From Meiothermus sp. (GTDB lineage Bacteria; Deinococcota; Deinococci; Deinococcales; Thermaceae): a stretch of 64,000 nt of DNA. The DNA lies in NCBI GenBank assembly GCA_033762915.1, contig JANRLD010000078.1, positions 9,550-73,549 on the forward strand. The letters run 5' to 3'. The notes beneath the pieces are model-generated. The model was given only the letters and a program-made list of their open reading frames with translations, made no database searches and had not been told where the DNA came from. Positions 10,017 to 21,128 of this stretch are shown here, in pieces. Positions within the stretch are counted from its first letter, which is position 1. Each line of letters starts with the position of its first letter. The position numbers and the translations under genes were made by a program.

Positions 10017-10214
10017 AAAAAAGTCGTCCTTATTGTTGCATGGCGTTACGGATAGTGGAGTGCAAATGAGCGGCATGGGGCCGCATAGAAGCGGCGGAAC
10101 GGGGGAATAGAGAATTAGAGGAGCAAAACCAGTGGCACGAACCCCTTTCCCCAACCTCGCCGCCCTGTGCGTCTGGCCACTGGGCCTCCCGCTTCCCGCT
10201 TCCCGCCCGTATGA

Positions 10215-11657
<1,443 letters not shown>

Positions 11658-12053
11658 GGGAAGCAACCGGGGCCGCCTCGAGCTGCCAGGGAAAAGCAAC
11701 CCCCGACGTTGCCGGGAACGGACCGGCGGCTCGAGCGAACTGCGGGCTTGGGTCCCTGACGGGTGCGGGAGGCCAAGTAGGCCCGCTTTAGCGCACGCTT
11801 TAGCGCATCACTGCGCGAGGCGTAGGGGTGAAAAGCGCCGTCAGGACTGTCGCCAATAGATGAACCGGCGCTAGAACTCGAGGCGGGTTGCCTATGGCCT
11901 GAGCCCCTCTATCTTCATCCCCATCTCCCCTGCTCTGGCGCTCCCCGGCCCCTCCCCGTGACTTAACCCGCCCCTAAGCTGTGACGTATGCACCCGCCGC
12001 CGCTCCCCCAATTGCTATCCTGAGCCCTTGAGAAAGGGTTTTCGGGTTTATCC

Positions 12054-12683
12054 GTGGCGATATTTGGGAACTTGGCGGACATGCCGTTGCCGGACCTGCT
12101 GCCCATGCTGGGGCGGCGGAGTGGGGTGCTCGAGCTGTGGAACCTCGAGGGCGGGCACAACGTCAGCCTCTGGCTCGAGACTGGGCAGGTCAAGGGGGTC
12201 TGGCATACGGGGAAAAGTTTGGAACCAAACCAGGCCCGTCTCATGGTTCTTGAGCTTATGAACAGCAAACATGGTAGTTTTGAGTTCATGTTGGGCTCAC
12301 CCAAGATGGTCTGTCAGTTTCCGCTCAACTGGTCGGTGGAAAAGTTGCTGATGGTCACTTTCCCGACCGGCGAAACCCCGGCCCAGACCCAACTCCCCGA
12401 CCCCGAGACCAAGTTTCAGGCGGTCTCGCTGGAGGTCTGGCTGGACGAGCCGCTGTTCGGCTTCTGGCAGAAAGCGCGGCCCCTGCTGGCCCGCGGAGCC
12501 TCTTCGCAGGAGGTCGCCAGGCATCTTGGACTGCCCCTCGAGCAAGTCCAGAAGTCGCTGCACCGCCTGCGCCTGGCGGGCCGGGTGAGCCCGGTCAGGG
12601 CCTTCAGGGTCGAGGCCGCCACCAAGGAGCGCCGCAGCCTGGTCTCGAGGCTGCTGGACGCCCTCTTCGGGAGGCGGCGCTAG
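12054..12683 (+). CDS. DUF4388 (PATAN-like) domain protein with C-terminal HTH-like segment
   Basis: MAIFGNLADMPLPDLL..RRSGVLEL..G.FEF pattern; adjacent to GTPase and roadblock genes. Confidence 0.75.
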   Translation: MAIFGNLADMPLPDLLPMLGRRSGVLELWNLEGGHNVSLWLETGQVKGVWHTGKSLEPNQARLMVLELMNSKHGSFEFMLGSPKMVCQFPLNWSVEKLLMVTFPTGETPAQTQLPDPETKFQAVSLEVWLDEPLFGFWQKARPLLARGASSQEVARHLGLPLEQVQKSLHRLRLAGRVSPVRAFRVEAATKERRSLVSRLLDALFGRRR

Positions 12684-12791
12684 TGTTGCGCCCGGTCAAG
12701 ATCGCTGCCGAGCGGCCTCGGCGAACCGGCGGGCCAAACGTCCGCCGGTGCCCGGCTGCCTCGGCGCTCGAGGCCCCGCGGAGGTCGCCTA

Positions 12792-13316
12792 GTGCGCCCG
12801 CTTAAGCTGCTGGTGGTCGGTCCGGTGGGGGCAGGCAAGACCGCCTTCATCCAGGCCCTCTCCGAGACCGAGGTGGTCGAGACCGACGAGTTGGCCTCGG
12901 AGGAGATCGGCAAGGAGCGCACCACCGTGGCCCTCGACTACGGCACCCTAACCCTGGACGGCATCCCCATCCACCTCTGGGGCACCCCGGGGCAAGAGCG
13001 CTTCAGCTTCATGTGGGATCTGCTGGCCGAGGGGGCGCTGGGCCTGGTGCTGCTGGTGCCCGGCGACAACCCCCGCGACTTTCCCAAGGCCCGGATGATC
13101 CTCGAGTACGTCACCAGCCGACACCCCATCCCCTACATGGTCGGCGTGACCCGACAAGACCTCCCCAAGGTCTGGACCGCCCAGGACGTGGCCGACTACT
13201 TCGAGCTCGACGAGCGGCAGGTCATGGGCATGAACGCCCTCAGCCCCACCAGCTCGGTTCTGGCCCTGATTAAGCTGCTCGAGTTCGTCCAGGGCGAGAC
13301 TTGGAAGGGCGTTTAG
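12792..13316 (+). CDS. MglA-like small GTPase
   Basis: GPVGAGKT, TTVALDYG, GTPGQERF. Confidence 0.9.
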   Translation: MRPLKLLVVGPVGAGKTAFIQALSETEVVETDELASEEIGKERTTVALDYGTLTLDGIPIHLWGTPGQERFSFMWDLLAEGALGLVLLVPGDNPRDFPKARMILEYVTSRHPIPYMVGVTRQDLPKVWTAQDVADYFELDERQVMGMNALSPTSSVLALIKLLEFVQGETWKGV

Positions 13317-13387
13317 GGCGGACGTCGGCAAAACCCTGCGCTTCACTTTCCTGCCCTTTTGCTTAGAATGCTGCTGCGAAGGAACCT

Positions 13388-13765
13388 ATGGCCCATAACC
13401 AGCAATTACTCGGCATGCTCAACCAATTGCAGCACGACATTTCTGGGGTCCGGGGGGTGATGCTGGCGGCCTCCGACGGCATCCCGCTGGCCCACAACTT
13501 CCCCGAGTCCGCCGCCGGGCGCATCGGAGCGATGGCGGCAGCCGCGCTAGGCCTGGCCAAGCGGGTCACGGTGGCCACCCAGATGGGCGACCTCTCCGAG
13601 ACCACCGTCCGGGGCGAGAAGGGCTACCTACTGATCTTTTCCGCCGGCCCCAAGGGCGTACTGATCGTGGCCGCCGCCCTAAGTGTGGACTTGCTCGAGG
13701 CCACCCACAAGGCCCGCACCCTGGCCCAGCGCATCGCACCGGAGCTCGAGGGCGTCGAGGTGTAG
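13388..13765 (+). CDS. Roadblock/LC7 (MglB-like) protein
   Basis: VMLAASDGIPLA..IGAMAAAALGL..VRGEKGY. Confidence 0.9.
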   Translation: MAHNQQLLGMLNQLQHDISGVRGVMLAASDGIPLAHNFPESAAGRIGAMAAAALGLAKRVTVATQMGDLSETTVRGEKGYLLIFSAGPKGVLIVAAALSVDLLEATHKARTLAQRIAPELEGVEV

Positions 13766-14086
13766 AAAGTAGGAGTGAGTCGGTATCGACCGTCAGTCGT
13801 CCTCAGCAACAGCGGCAAACTACTACACAGGGCAACCCACGCCGATGCAAGATTGCGAAAGGCTGTCAACGGCGACATCAAACTGGCGACAGACGCAAAA
13901 TTCTTCGCTCCGCAAAGGGCGCTTCACTCAGAGTGATAACGCTTTAGGTGAGATTTTGGCTGCCTTCTTCCTCACCCCCAATCCCCCATCTTCAATCTCC
14001 AGACCCATGGACAAACTCCCCTCTGCTCTCCCATTTGTACCGAAAATCCCACATCCCCCTGCCCTATAAAATGTAAACTACCCTAA

Positions 14087-14950
14087 ATGGTCGTCCTATC
14101 CGGTCGTCTAAAGACCTATCTCGAGCTGATCCGCTTCGAGCACACCCTGTTCGCCCTGCCCTTCGCCTACGGCGGGATGCTGATGGCCGCGCAGGGCTGG
14201 CCCGGCTGGGGCATCTTCGCCTGGATCACCGTGGCCATGGTGGGTGCGCGGACGGGCGCGATGGCGCTCAATCGGCTGATCGACCGCTCCATCGACGCCG
14301 CCAACCCGCGCACCGCCGGACGTCACCTGCCCCGGGGAGTGGTCAGCCCGGCGGAGGTGCTGGTGCTGGCGGTGGTAGGGCTGCTGTGCCTGACGCTGGC
14401 GGCCTTCAACCTCAACCCCCTGACGGCGATGCTGCTGCCGGTGGCGGTCTTCTTCCTGGTCGGCTACAGCTATACCAAGCGTTTCACCTGGCTATGCCAC
14501 TTTTGGATGGGCCTGACCATCGGAGCGGCTACTGCAGGTGGCTGGATCGCGGTGACCGGGGCCTTCGAGCCCGCGCTGTTCGCGCTGTGGGCGGGCACCG
14601 CCTTCTGGCTAGCCGGCTTCGACATCCTCTACGCCACCCAGGACTTCAAGTTTGACCGTGAAAATGGCATCTACAGCGTCCCGGCCCGCTTCGGCATCCC
14701 GACCGCCCTCAAGATCGCCCAGGTCTGCCACGCCCTGACATTCGGCTTTTTCCTCCTCACCGGCGCCCTGAGCGGCGCAGGCCCCATCTACTTCCTGGGC
14801 GTGCTGGCGGTGGGGGCGGTGTTGGTCTATGAGCACTGGCTGGTCAAGCCTGATGACCTGACCAAGGTAGACCAGGCCTTTTTCCAGGCCAACGTGGTGG
14901 TGAGCCTGGGAATGCTGCTGATTATCCTGCTCGACACGCTGGTGCGGTGA
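14087..14950 (+). CDS. UbiA-family prenyltransferase (MqnP-like, futalosine pathway)
   Basis: IRFEHTLFALP, NRLIDRSIDAANPRT, YSYTKRF, FDILYATQD. Confidence 0.88.
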   Translation: MVVLSGRLKTYLELIRFEHTLFALPFAYGGMLMAAQGWPGWGIFAWITVAMVGARTGAMALNRLIDRSIDAANPRTAGRHLPRGVVSPAEVLVLAVVGLLCLTLAAFNLNPLTAMLLPVAVFFLVGYSYTKRFTWLCHFWMGLTIGAATAGGWIAVTGAFEPALFALWAGTAFWLAGFDILYATQDFKFDRENGIYSVPARFGIPTALKIAQVCHALTFGFFLLTGALSGAGPIYFLGVLAVGAVLVYEHWLVKPDDLTKVDQAFFQANVVVSLGMLLIILLDTLVR

Positions 14951-15004
14951 GGCGTTCGGAGTTCGAGCGGCGCGGAAAAAGCCGGGCAGCCCGCCCGGGC
15001 TCAG

Positions 15005-15093
15005 AGCGGTTTCCACGAACACTCGGTACGGCGGTTTTTGCCGTACCGATCGCAATACTCCGCCCACGGTGCAGAGTATGGGTGGGAAACGCG
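15005..15093. repeat. Structured dispersed repeat, family A
   Basis: Ends AGCGGTTTCCAC / GTGGGAAACGC enclose two hairpins. Confidence 0.7.
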
Positions 15094-15121
15094 ATCAGTC
15101 AAAAAAAGCCAGAAGCTGCCC

Positions 15122-16441
15122 CTATTCTCTCGAGCCCGCCCCTGCCCTTAGCCCGACAGGATCGAGGCGGTTTGCCGCGTAGTAGAGCGGAATTCCCACC
15201 AAGACCAGTAGCCACCCCACCCCGAACACGAACCAGCCCCAAGCGAAGCCGCCCACGAACAGAACCAGGGCGTTGAGAATTAGCAGGAAGCCGATCAGCC
15301 CATACTGCAGCGCCGATACGCCGCCCCTGAACCGCCGCAGATACAGCCAGTAGGCCACCGGCAACAGCACGAAGACCACCATGTAGCCCACGTTGGCGGT
15401 AGCCAGGATCGCCACCAGTTGGCCTTGGAAGATCACCAGCAGGCCAACGTTAAGGATCAGGTCGAGCACCAGCGAGCCCTGCGGCGTGCCGTGACGGTTG
15501 ACGGCCCGAAAGTAGGGCGGCAGCAGGCCATCGTCGGCCATCTGGTAGAGGGTGCGGGTGGAGGGGATCAGGATGGCCAGGGCGCTATAGAGCAGTGCGC
15601 CCACCAGCATCAGCGAGAGTAACAGACCACCGGTGGGGCCGAGGTGCCGGGTGAACAGCGGCTCGAGGCTTGCAAAGATGTCCTGGTTCAGCGCCGTCCA
15701 GTCGATCAGCAGGGCCAGCAGCAGGGGAATCCCGGCGAAGGCGGGCAGGCTCCACAGCGCTGCCAGGCCGAACATCCGGCGGGTCTGGCGCCCCCCCGTC
15801 TCGGCTACCACCGAGGAGATCATCTCGAGGCCGTACGCCGTCCAGGCCATTACGAAGAACCACTTGAGCAGCACTACCCAGCCAGGGAACTCGCCCGGCG
15901 TAAAGGCCGCCTCGAGGCGCGCGGGGGTCACGGTCTGAAAAGCGATGTAGACCAGCAGCATCAGCGGTAGTGCCACCACCGCCGCCAACAGGTACCCCGA
16001 AAAGATCACCTTGGACAGCCCAAAATAGTTCAACCCGTAGAGCAACGCCACGATCAGCAAGGTCAGCACAATCGGGTTGAAGCTGGTGCCCAGAATCCCG
16101 TTGATGAGGTTGGCGCACAGGTACCCGTTGAGCGCTGTGGCGGGTGTCCAGGCCAGCCAGTAGCCCCAGCCTGACAGAAAGGCCAGCGGGCGCAGCCTGC
16201 CCTGGAACACCTCGAGCGCGTAGGTCGCGGTCCCCCCCGCCTTGTGCGGGAAGCGTAGGGCCAGCTCGAGCAGCACCCAGGCCTGCACTGCCCCCACCAG
16301 CGCCACCACCCCCCACAGCACCAGCGACCAAGCCCCGATCTCCGAGAGCGCCCACCCCGCCGAGAACAACACCGGCAAGAACCCGCCGGAGATGAGCAGA
16401 AGGGCGCTGAACCAGTGGAGGGTAGAGGGGAGTTTGTTCAT
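15122..16441 (-). CDS. APC family amino acid permease
   Basis: About 12 TM; ELALRFPHKAGG, GWGYW, AYGLE, RTLYQMADDG. Confidence 0.85.
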   Translation of the reverse strand: MNKLPSTLHWFSALLLISGGFLPVLFSAGWALSEIGAWSLVLWGVVALVGAVQAWVLLELALRFPHKAGGTATYALEVFQGRLRPLAFLSGWGYWLAWTPATALNGYLCANLINGILGTSFNPIVLTLLIVALLYGLNYFGLSKVIFSGYLLAAVVALPLMLLVYIAFQTVTPARLEAAFTPGEFPGWVVLLKWFFVMAWTAYGLEMISSVVAETGGRQTRRMFGLAALWSLPAFAGIPLLLALLIDWTALNQDIFASLEPLFTRHLGPTGGLLLSLMLVGALLYSALAILIPSTRTLYQMADDGLLPPYFRAVNRHGTPQGSLVLDLILNVGLLVIFQGQLVAILATANVGYMVVFVLLPVAYWLYLRRFRGGVSALQYGLIGFLLILNALVLFVGGFAWGWFVFGVGWLLVLVGIPLYYAANRLDPVGLRAGAGSRE

Positions 16442-16703
16442 AGGGGTTAGGGGCCTGGGGAAGTATGGCCAACAATTCACTTCAAAGAACCGGGGTCACA
16501 CCATGCGCCTGTTGTGCGGCGAAGCATCTGTCGTGGCATGATCTCGTCAACTTGATGCCGGTGGTGAGGGTCTGCTGCAAGATTGCCTCGGCGTGGGTTC
16601 GCCCTTCGGAGATCCTTCGCGTACAGCGGGTCGAGTTACGGCCCTTCACGCGGCAAACTGTACCCGCCCGGGATGACAACGGTTTTGGTGAGGCAGTTTG
16701 CCG

Positions 16704-17819
16704 CTAACACGCACACCGGCTGGTGCAGCACGCCTGCAAATCGTCGGCCCACATGCCGCGCTTGCGGTACAGCTCGAGGGCACTGGTGTCGGCCCCAAGC
16801 CTCTTCCCTATCTCCTCGGCCACCACCGGGAAGCGGGCGCGGTACTTGTAGATGAAGCAGAAGGCAGTGTCGAGGTGGTTGACCTTGGGGCCAACCAGGA
16901 AGAGGCCCTTGGCGGCGGTGGACTCGTCCTTCTCGCTGAGCAGGGGCTTGCCGTCCACGACCTCGAAGAGGTCGTCCAGGGGCTCGAGGCCACCCCCGAA
17001 GCCGGTCGCCACGATGGGCGGGTTGGAGGCCTTGATCGCCCCCTCTTGGTGGTGGATCAGGTAGTGGTCGCGCTTCTTCTCGACCTTGTCCACACCCAGC
17101 TGCGCCAGCGTGATGCGCCCGCTGTTAATCAGGCCTTGCAGGCGCTCCCTGGTGAAGGGGGCCAGGTCCACCGAGGGTTCACCCTCCTGCGACTCCCAGG
17201 GGGCGTTGGGGTCGAGCACGATGACCTCCTTACCCAGCAAGGCCAGGTTGTAGGCTGCGTCCATGCCGGACTCATAGCCGCCCAGCACCACGTGCTTGTC
17301 CCCCCTGACTTGGCCCCAGCTTTTCACCTTGCCGTAGTGAATTCCGTGCTCCGAGCCCTCGATGGGGTATAGGGGGAACTGGAACTCGCCCGTGGCCCAG
17401 ATCAGGAAGCGGGTGTGGAACCTGCCGTCGTCGGTGTGGACGATGAAGCCCTCTTGGTCCAAAAGCTGCTCCACCCGCTCGACGCTCACGCCCTCAGAGA
17501 TCGGCAGACCGTAGTGGCGGGCCAGGCCCTTGAGGTACTTGGCGTACTCCGGGCCGCTGGGATGCTCTTTGCCCAGGCTAAAGGCGGGCGAGGTGTCGGG
17601 GGTGACGGCATTGAGATCGGGCAGGTTAAAGGCGTTGGAGGTGAAGGAGGGGGTGATGAAGCGCGTCTCGAGGGGCCACTGCGCGAAGGAGTGGCCGACC
17701 GCGTGGCGCTCGAGGATGCCGAAGTTAAGCTCGAGCTTGCTCAGTGCGACCCCGATCCCCACACCCGCCGCCCCCGCCCCCACCACCAGCACGTCCAGTC
17801 GCTCCACAGTCGCCCCCAT
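16704..17819 (-). CDS. NAD(P)/FAD-dependent oxidoreductase with C-terminal CCxxxCxC tail
   Basis: VVGAGAAG, ATGEFQFP, GGYESG, ATGF, FCFIYKYR, ..ACCTSRCAC. Confidence 0.85.
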   Translation of the reverse strand: MGATVERLDVLVVGAGAAGVGIGVALSKLELNFGILERHAVGHSFAQWPLETRFITPSFTSNAFNLPDLNAVTPDTSPAFSLGKEHPSGPEYAKYLKGLARHYGLPISEGVSVERVEQLLDQEGFIVHTDDGRFHTRFLIWATGEFQFPLYPIEGSEHGIHYGKVKSWGQVRGDKHVVLGGYESGMDAAYNLALLGKEVIVLDPNAPWESQEGEPSVDLAPFTRERLQGLINSGRITLAQLGVDKVEKKRDHYLIHHQEGAIKASNPPIVATGFGGGLEPLDDLFEVVDGKPLLSEKDESTAAKGLFLVGPKVNHLDTAFCFIYKYRARFPVVAEEIGKRLGADTSALELYRKRGMWADDLQACCTSRCAC

Positions 17820-17905
17820 AGGTCTTCAGCTTTCGGCAAAAGTCGGTAGAGTATATGCCCTCGCCCCGAACCCGCGCTGTGGGGAGCGGTAGGGTTGCGC
17901 GGGCC

Positions 17906-18994
17906 TCACGCCTTCACGGGCGATAGGCAGTCTTTCAGGCGCTTCTCGAGCACGCGCCGCTGCTTCAGGATCCCCTGGCCGATAAAGACGATCTCGGTGG
18001 GCTCCTGGTTGAGGGCCTCGAGCAGTTGCCTGTAGCGCTTCTGATCTTCGGGGGGCAGGGCCTCGAGCTGGTGCTGGTGCAAGGGCTCCATGCGCGGCTC
18101 GAGGACAATCTGCTTGCCCGCCTGCGAGAGCGTCACCGGGACATGGTTGGCAAACTTGACCCAGCCCTTGGCCCGCACCACGTTCTTGGGCCAGCTATGC
18201 AAGAACTGCTCGAAGGCATCGGCATCAAAGCCGACCTCGCTGCGGTAGACAAAGCTCTCGAAGCCATACTCCTCGACCTCCGAGTTGGGCTTGTCCCACT
18301 CGGCTTCCCAGTCGGGGTGGGCCATACCCTGCTCGTAGTTGTAGAGGCCGGTGTTCATCAGCTTGTCTGGCCCGATTTGGCCTTTTACGGTGCGGTGGAT
18401 CTGGGCGTAGGGGTTCATCTCGTGGACGAAGCTCTCCAGCCTCGCCAGGGCCGCCTCGTCCACCCGGTCGGCCTTGTTCACCAGCACCACCGAGGTGAAC
18501 TCGAGCTGATCGGACAGCAGTGAAGCCAGGGGCTGCTCCACCGGATTGCCCTCCTCGTCCTCGACCATATCCTTGCGGTTCCAGTCGTCCCAGAAGGCCT
18601 CGGCGTCCACCACAGTGATGATGCTGTCGAGCCGGACGCGCTGGGGCAAGTCTTCGATGTGGAAGGTCTGGGCGATGGGGAGCGGCTCCCCGATACCGGT
18701 GGACTCGATGAGGATGTAGTCCAGGTCCATCGCGGAAAGCTCGCGCAACTCGTTGAGCAGGTCTTCGCGCAGGGTGCAGCAGATGCAGCCGTTGGACATC
18801 TCCACCATCTTCTCGGTGGTGTGACGCACCAGCCTCGAGTCCACGTTCACCTCGCCAAACTCGTTGACCACGATGGCGATTTTCTTGCCGTGCTGGGCGG
18901 AGAGCAGGTGATTAATCAGGGTGGTCTTCCCCGCGCCGAGGAAGCCCACCAGTACGCTGGCAGGGACGGGTCGGGCGGGCGGGGCGGCGTTCAC
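17906..18994 (-). CDS. COG0523 (CobW/ZigA-like) G3E GTPase metallochaperone
   Basis: [29 protein letters not shown], CobW_C RAKG; GTGA overlap with the L33 stop. Confidence 0.93.
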   Translation of the reverse strand: MNAAPPARPVPASVLVGFLGAGKTTLINHLLSAQHGKKIAIVVNEFGEVNVDSRLVRHTTEKMVEMSNGCICCTLREDLLNELRELSAMDLDYILIESTGIGEPLPIAQTFHIEDLPQRVRLDSIITVVDAEAFWDDWNRKDMVEDEEGNPVEQPLASLLSDQLEFTSVVLVNKADRVDEAALARLESFVHEMNPYAQIHRTVKGQIGPDKLMNTGLYNYEQGMAHPDWEAEWDKPNSEVEEYGFESFVYRSEVGFDADAFEQFLHSWPKNVVRAKGWVKFANHVPVTLSQAGKQIVLEPRMEPLHQHQLEALPPEDQKRYRQLLEALNQEPTEIVFIGQGILKQRRVLEKRLKDCLSPVKA

Positions 18995-19158
18995 AGCTTT
19001 TGCTCCTTGAACTCCACGTGGCGACCTGCCCGGGGGTCGTACTTGCGCAGGGTGAGTTTCTCCGGGGTGTTCTGCCGGTTCTTGCTGGTGACGAAGAAGG
19101 TCCCCGTTCCGGCGACGGAGACCATCTTGACCAATATGCGCGGGCCTTGCTTAGCCAT
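18991..19158 (-). CDS. rpmG: 50S ribosomal protein L33, zinc-independent (Cys-free) paralog
   Basis: Not in ORF track. Translates [55 protein letters not shown]. Confidence 0.95.
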   Translation of the reverse strand: MAKQGPRILVKMVSVAGTGTFFVTSKNRQNTPEKLTLRKYDPRAGRHVEFKEQKL

Positions 19159-19161
19159 AGT

Positions 19162-19183
19162 TATTGATATTGCATTATCAATA
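19162..19183. promoter_or_regulatory. Fur-family (probably Zur) operator
   Basis: Palindrome TATTGATAttgcatTATCAATA 3 nt from the rpmG ATG. Confidence 0.75.
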
Positions 19184-19352
19184 GTTGGTTTGTCAAATCG
19201 GCCAGCGATGTACCCTCAGGGCGGCCCTCGAGTTTTTCCCGGCCAGGAGACCCCAAGCGCTTGGGCGGATCCTATCCCTCAAGGGAACGGCTCCCGCAGG
19301 TGGACGGGGTACTCTGCCGCAGTGGCGCGAAACGCGAAAAACCTCCGCCAAG

Positions 19353-19561
19353 TCAAGCGTCAAGCCTAACTCCGCCGCGCGGCGCCTGCCGCTCGAGGCG
19401 CAGCACCAGATCGTTGACGGGATGTCCGAAATACTCCGTAACCTGCTCCCCCCGACTTCCCGTACGAGGTCGGCGAAGACGGTGGTGGTGGCGGCAACGT
19501 TCAACTGCGCCTGAGCCAGCCCGCACAGAGCAATGACCCCCAGACAACGCTTCACATCCAT
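19353..19561 (-). pseudogene. Remnant of ZnuA/TroA-like metal ABC substrate-binding protein
   Basis: Signal peptide plus QLNVAATTTVFADLVREVGG, then similarity is lost; 3' limit uncertain. Confidence 0.65.
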
Positions 19562-19563
19562 AT

Positions 19564-19581
19564 TTGATAATCAATTATCAA
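19564..19581. promoter_or_regulatory. Second Fur-family (Zur-like) operator
   Basis: Perfect TTGATAAT-CA-ATTATCAA next to the start of the znuA remnant. Confidence 0.75.
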
Positions 19582-19657
19582 TAGCGTCAAGCGGACCCGC
19601 CACAAATCCTCCCCGAGGCGCGAAGGGAGAGCGGCTCGAGTGGTAGACTCGTCTCTC

Positions 19658-20893
19658 ATGGACACCTTCGGGCTGTACGAGAGGCACGTCAACCCCGGTC
19701 TGGCTGGTCTGCTGCGCTTCACCGGGCTGGACAAGATCGAGTCCCACGCCCAGGGCGTGTATGTCTGGGACACCGAGGGCAAGCAGTACCTCGACTTCCT
19801 CGGCCTCTACGGCACGCTCTGCCTGGGCCACCGACACCCCAAGGTCGTCGCGGCCGTCAAGGCCCAACTGGACAGGATGCCCATGTCGGTGCGGGTGATG
19901 GTCTCGGAACCCACGGCCCGGCTCGCCGCCAAGCTGGCCGAGGTCACGCCCGGCGACCTGAGCATGGTCTACTTCGGCAACTCCGGCGCCGAGGGCGTGG
20001 AGGCCGCGCTCAAGTTCGCCCGCTTCTTCACCCGCAAGCCGGGCTTTATCACCACCCAGAACGGCTACCACGGCAAGACCATGGGGGCACTCTCGGTCAC
20101 CCCCAAGGAGCACTATCAGCTCCCCGCCGCCCCGCTGGTGCCGGGGGTGACGGTGGTTCCGTTCGGCGACGCCGCGGCGATCGAGAATGCCATCGGGCCG
20201 GACACCGCAGCGGTGATCGTGGAACCCATCCAGGGCGAGGGCGGGATTCGGGTGCCGCCGGACGGTTACCTGCTCGAGGTGCGCCGAATCACCCGCGAGA
20301 GGGGCGTGCTGCTGATCGCCGACGAGGTGCAGACGGGCATGGGCCGCACCGGCAGGCTATGGGCGGTCGACTGGGAGGGGGTGGAGCCCGACATCCTGGT
20401 CTCCTCCAAGGCCCTCGGCGGCGGGGTGATGCCCATCTCTGCCACGGTGATGCGCCCCGAGATTGCCGCAATTTATAAGGAGCAGCCCCTGATTCACTCC
20501 ACCACCTTCGGCGGAAACCCGCTGGCCACGGCCGCGGCGCTGGCGGCTTTGGAGGTGACGGTTGAGGAAGGCTTGCCCGCCAGGGCGGTGGAGATGGGCG
20601 ACTACCTGATGGGTGGGCTCGCCCAGCTCCGGGCCGCCTTCCCCGATTTCATCCAGGAGGTGCGCGGGCGCGGGCTGCTGGTGGGCCTCGAGTTCACCGA
20701 CGCCGACATCGGCGGGCTGGTGGTCTCTGAGTTAGCCACCCGAGGCATCCTGACCGCCTTCGGGCTGAACAACCCCAAGGTGGTGCGGCTCGAGCCGCCC
20801 CTGATCGTGGAGAAAGCGCACATAGACCAGTGCTTGGACGCGCTCGACGGGGCGCTGAAGGCCACGGCAGAGGCGCTGGAGGGGGTTTTGTAA
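19658..20893 (+). CDS. Class III PLP aminotransferase (putrescine/acetylornithine aminotransferase-like)
   Basis: NSGAEGVE, YHGKT, EPIQGEGG, ADEVQTGMGRTG, KALGGG, HSTTFGGNP. Confidence 0.88.
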   Translation: MDTFGLYERHVNPGLAGLLRFTGLDKIESHAQGVYVWDTEGKQYLDFLGLYGTLCLGHRHPKVVAAVKAQLDRMPMSVRVMVSEPTARLAAKLAEVTPGDLSMVYFGNSGAEGVEAALKFARFFTRKPGFITTQNGYHGKTMGALSVTPKEHYQLPAAPLVPGVTVVPFGDAAAIENAIGPDTAAVIVEPIQGEGGIRVPPDGYLLEVRRITRERGVLLIADEVQTGMGRTGRLWAVDWEGVEPDILVSSKALGGGVMPISATVMRPEIAAIYKEQPLIHSTTFGGNPLATAAALAALEVTVEEGLPARAVEMGDYLMGGLAQLRAAFPDFIQEVRGRGLLVGLEFTDADIGGLVVSELATRGILTAFGLNNPKVVRLEPPLIVEKAHIDQCLDALDGALKATAEALEGVL

Positions 20894-20967
20894 GTCAACG
20901 AGCACTGTGCTCTGAACGTCGCGGTTGCCCCCTCTGAACTCGCAGACTCGCCCGGGCGCAACCTGGA

Positions 20968-21055
20968 GCGGTTCCCACGAATGCTCGGTGCGGCGGTGTT
21001 TGATATGCCGGGTACATTACGGCGCCCCGCGCTTCGCCGTAAGGGTGGGAACCGC
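20968..21055. repeat. Structured dispersed repeat, family A
   Basis: Perfect 11-bp terminal IR GCGGTTCCCAC/GTGGGAACCGC with internal hairpins. Confidence 0.8.
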
Positions 21056-21128
21056 CATAGGCGGTTTTCTACACCCCACCGCGTCTAGGGTCCCGGCGCT
21101 GATGGAGCCAACAGCACAGGCGCTGAAA

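Noticed and set aside
16445..16700. Riboswitch (c-di-AMP, glycine, lysine) upstream of the APC permease
   Set aside because: Consensus cores not recognisable; the segment instead resembles 13811-13896
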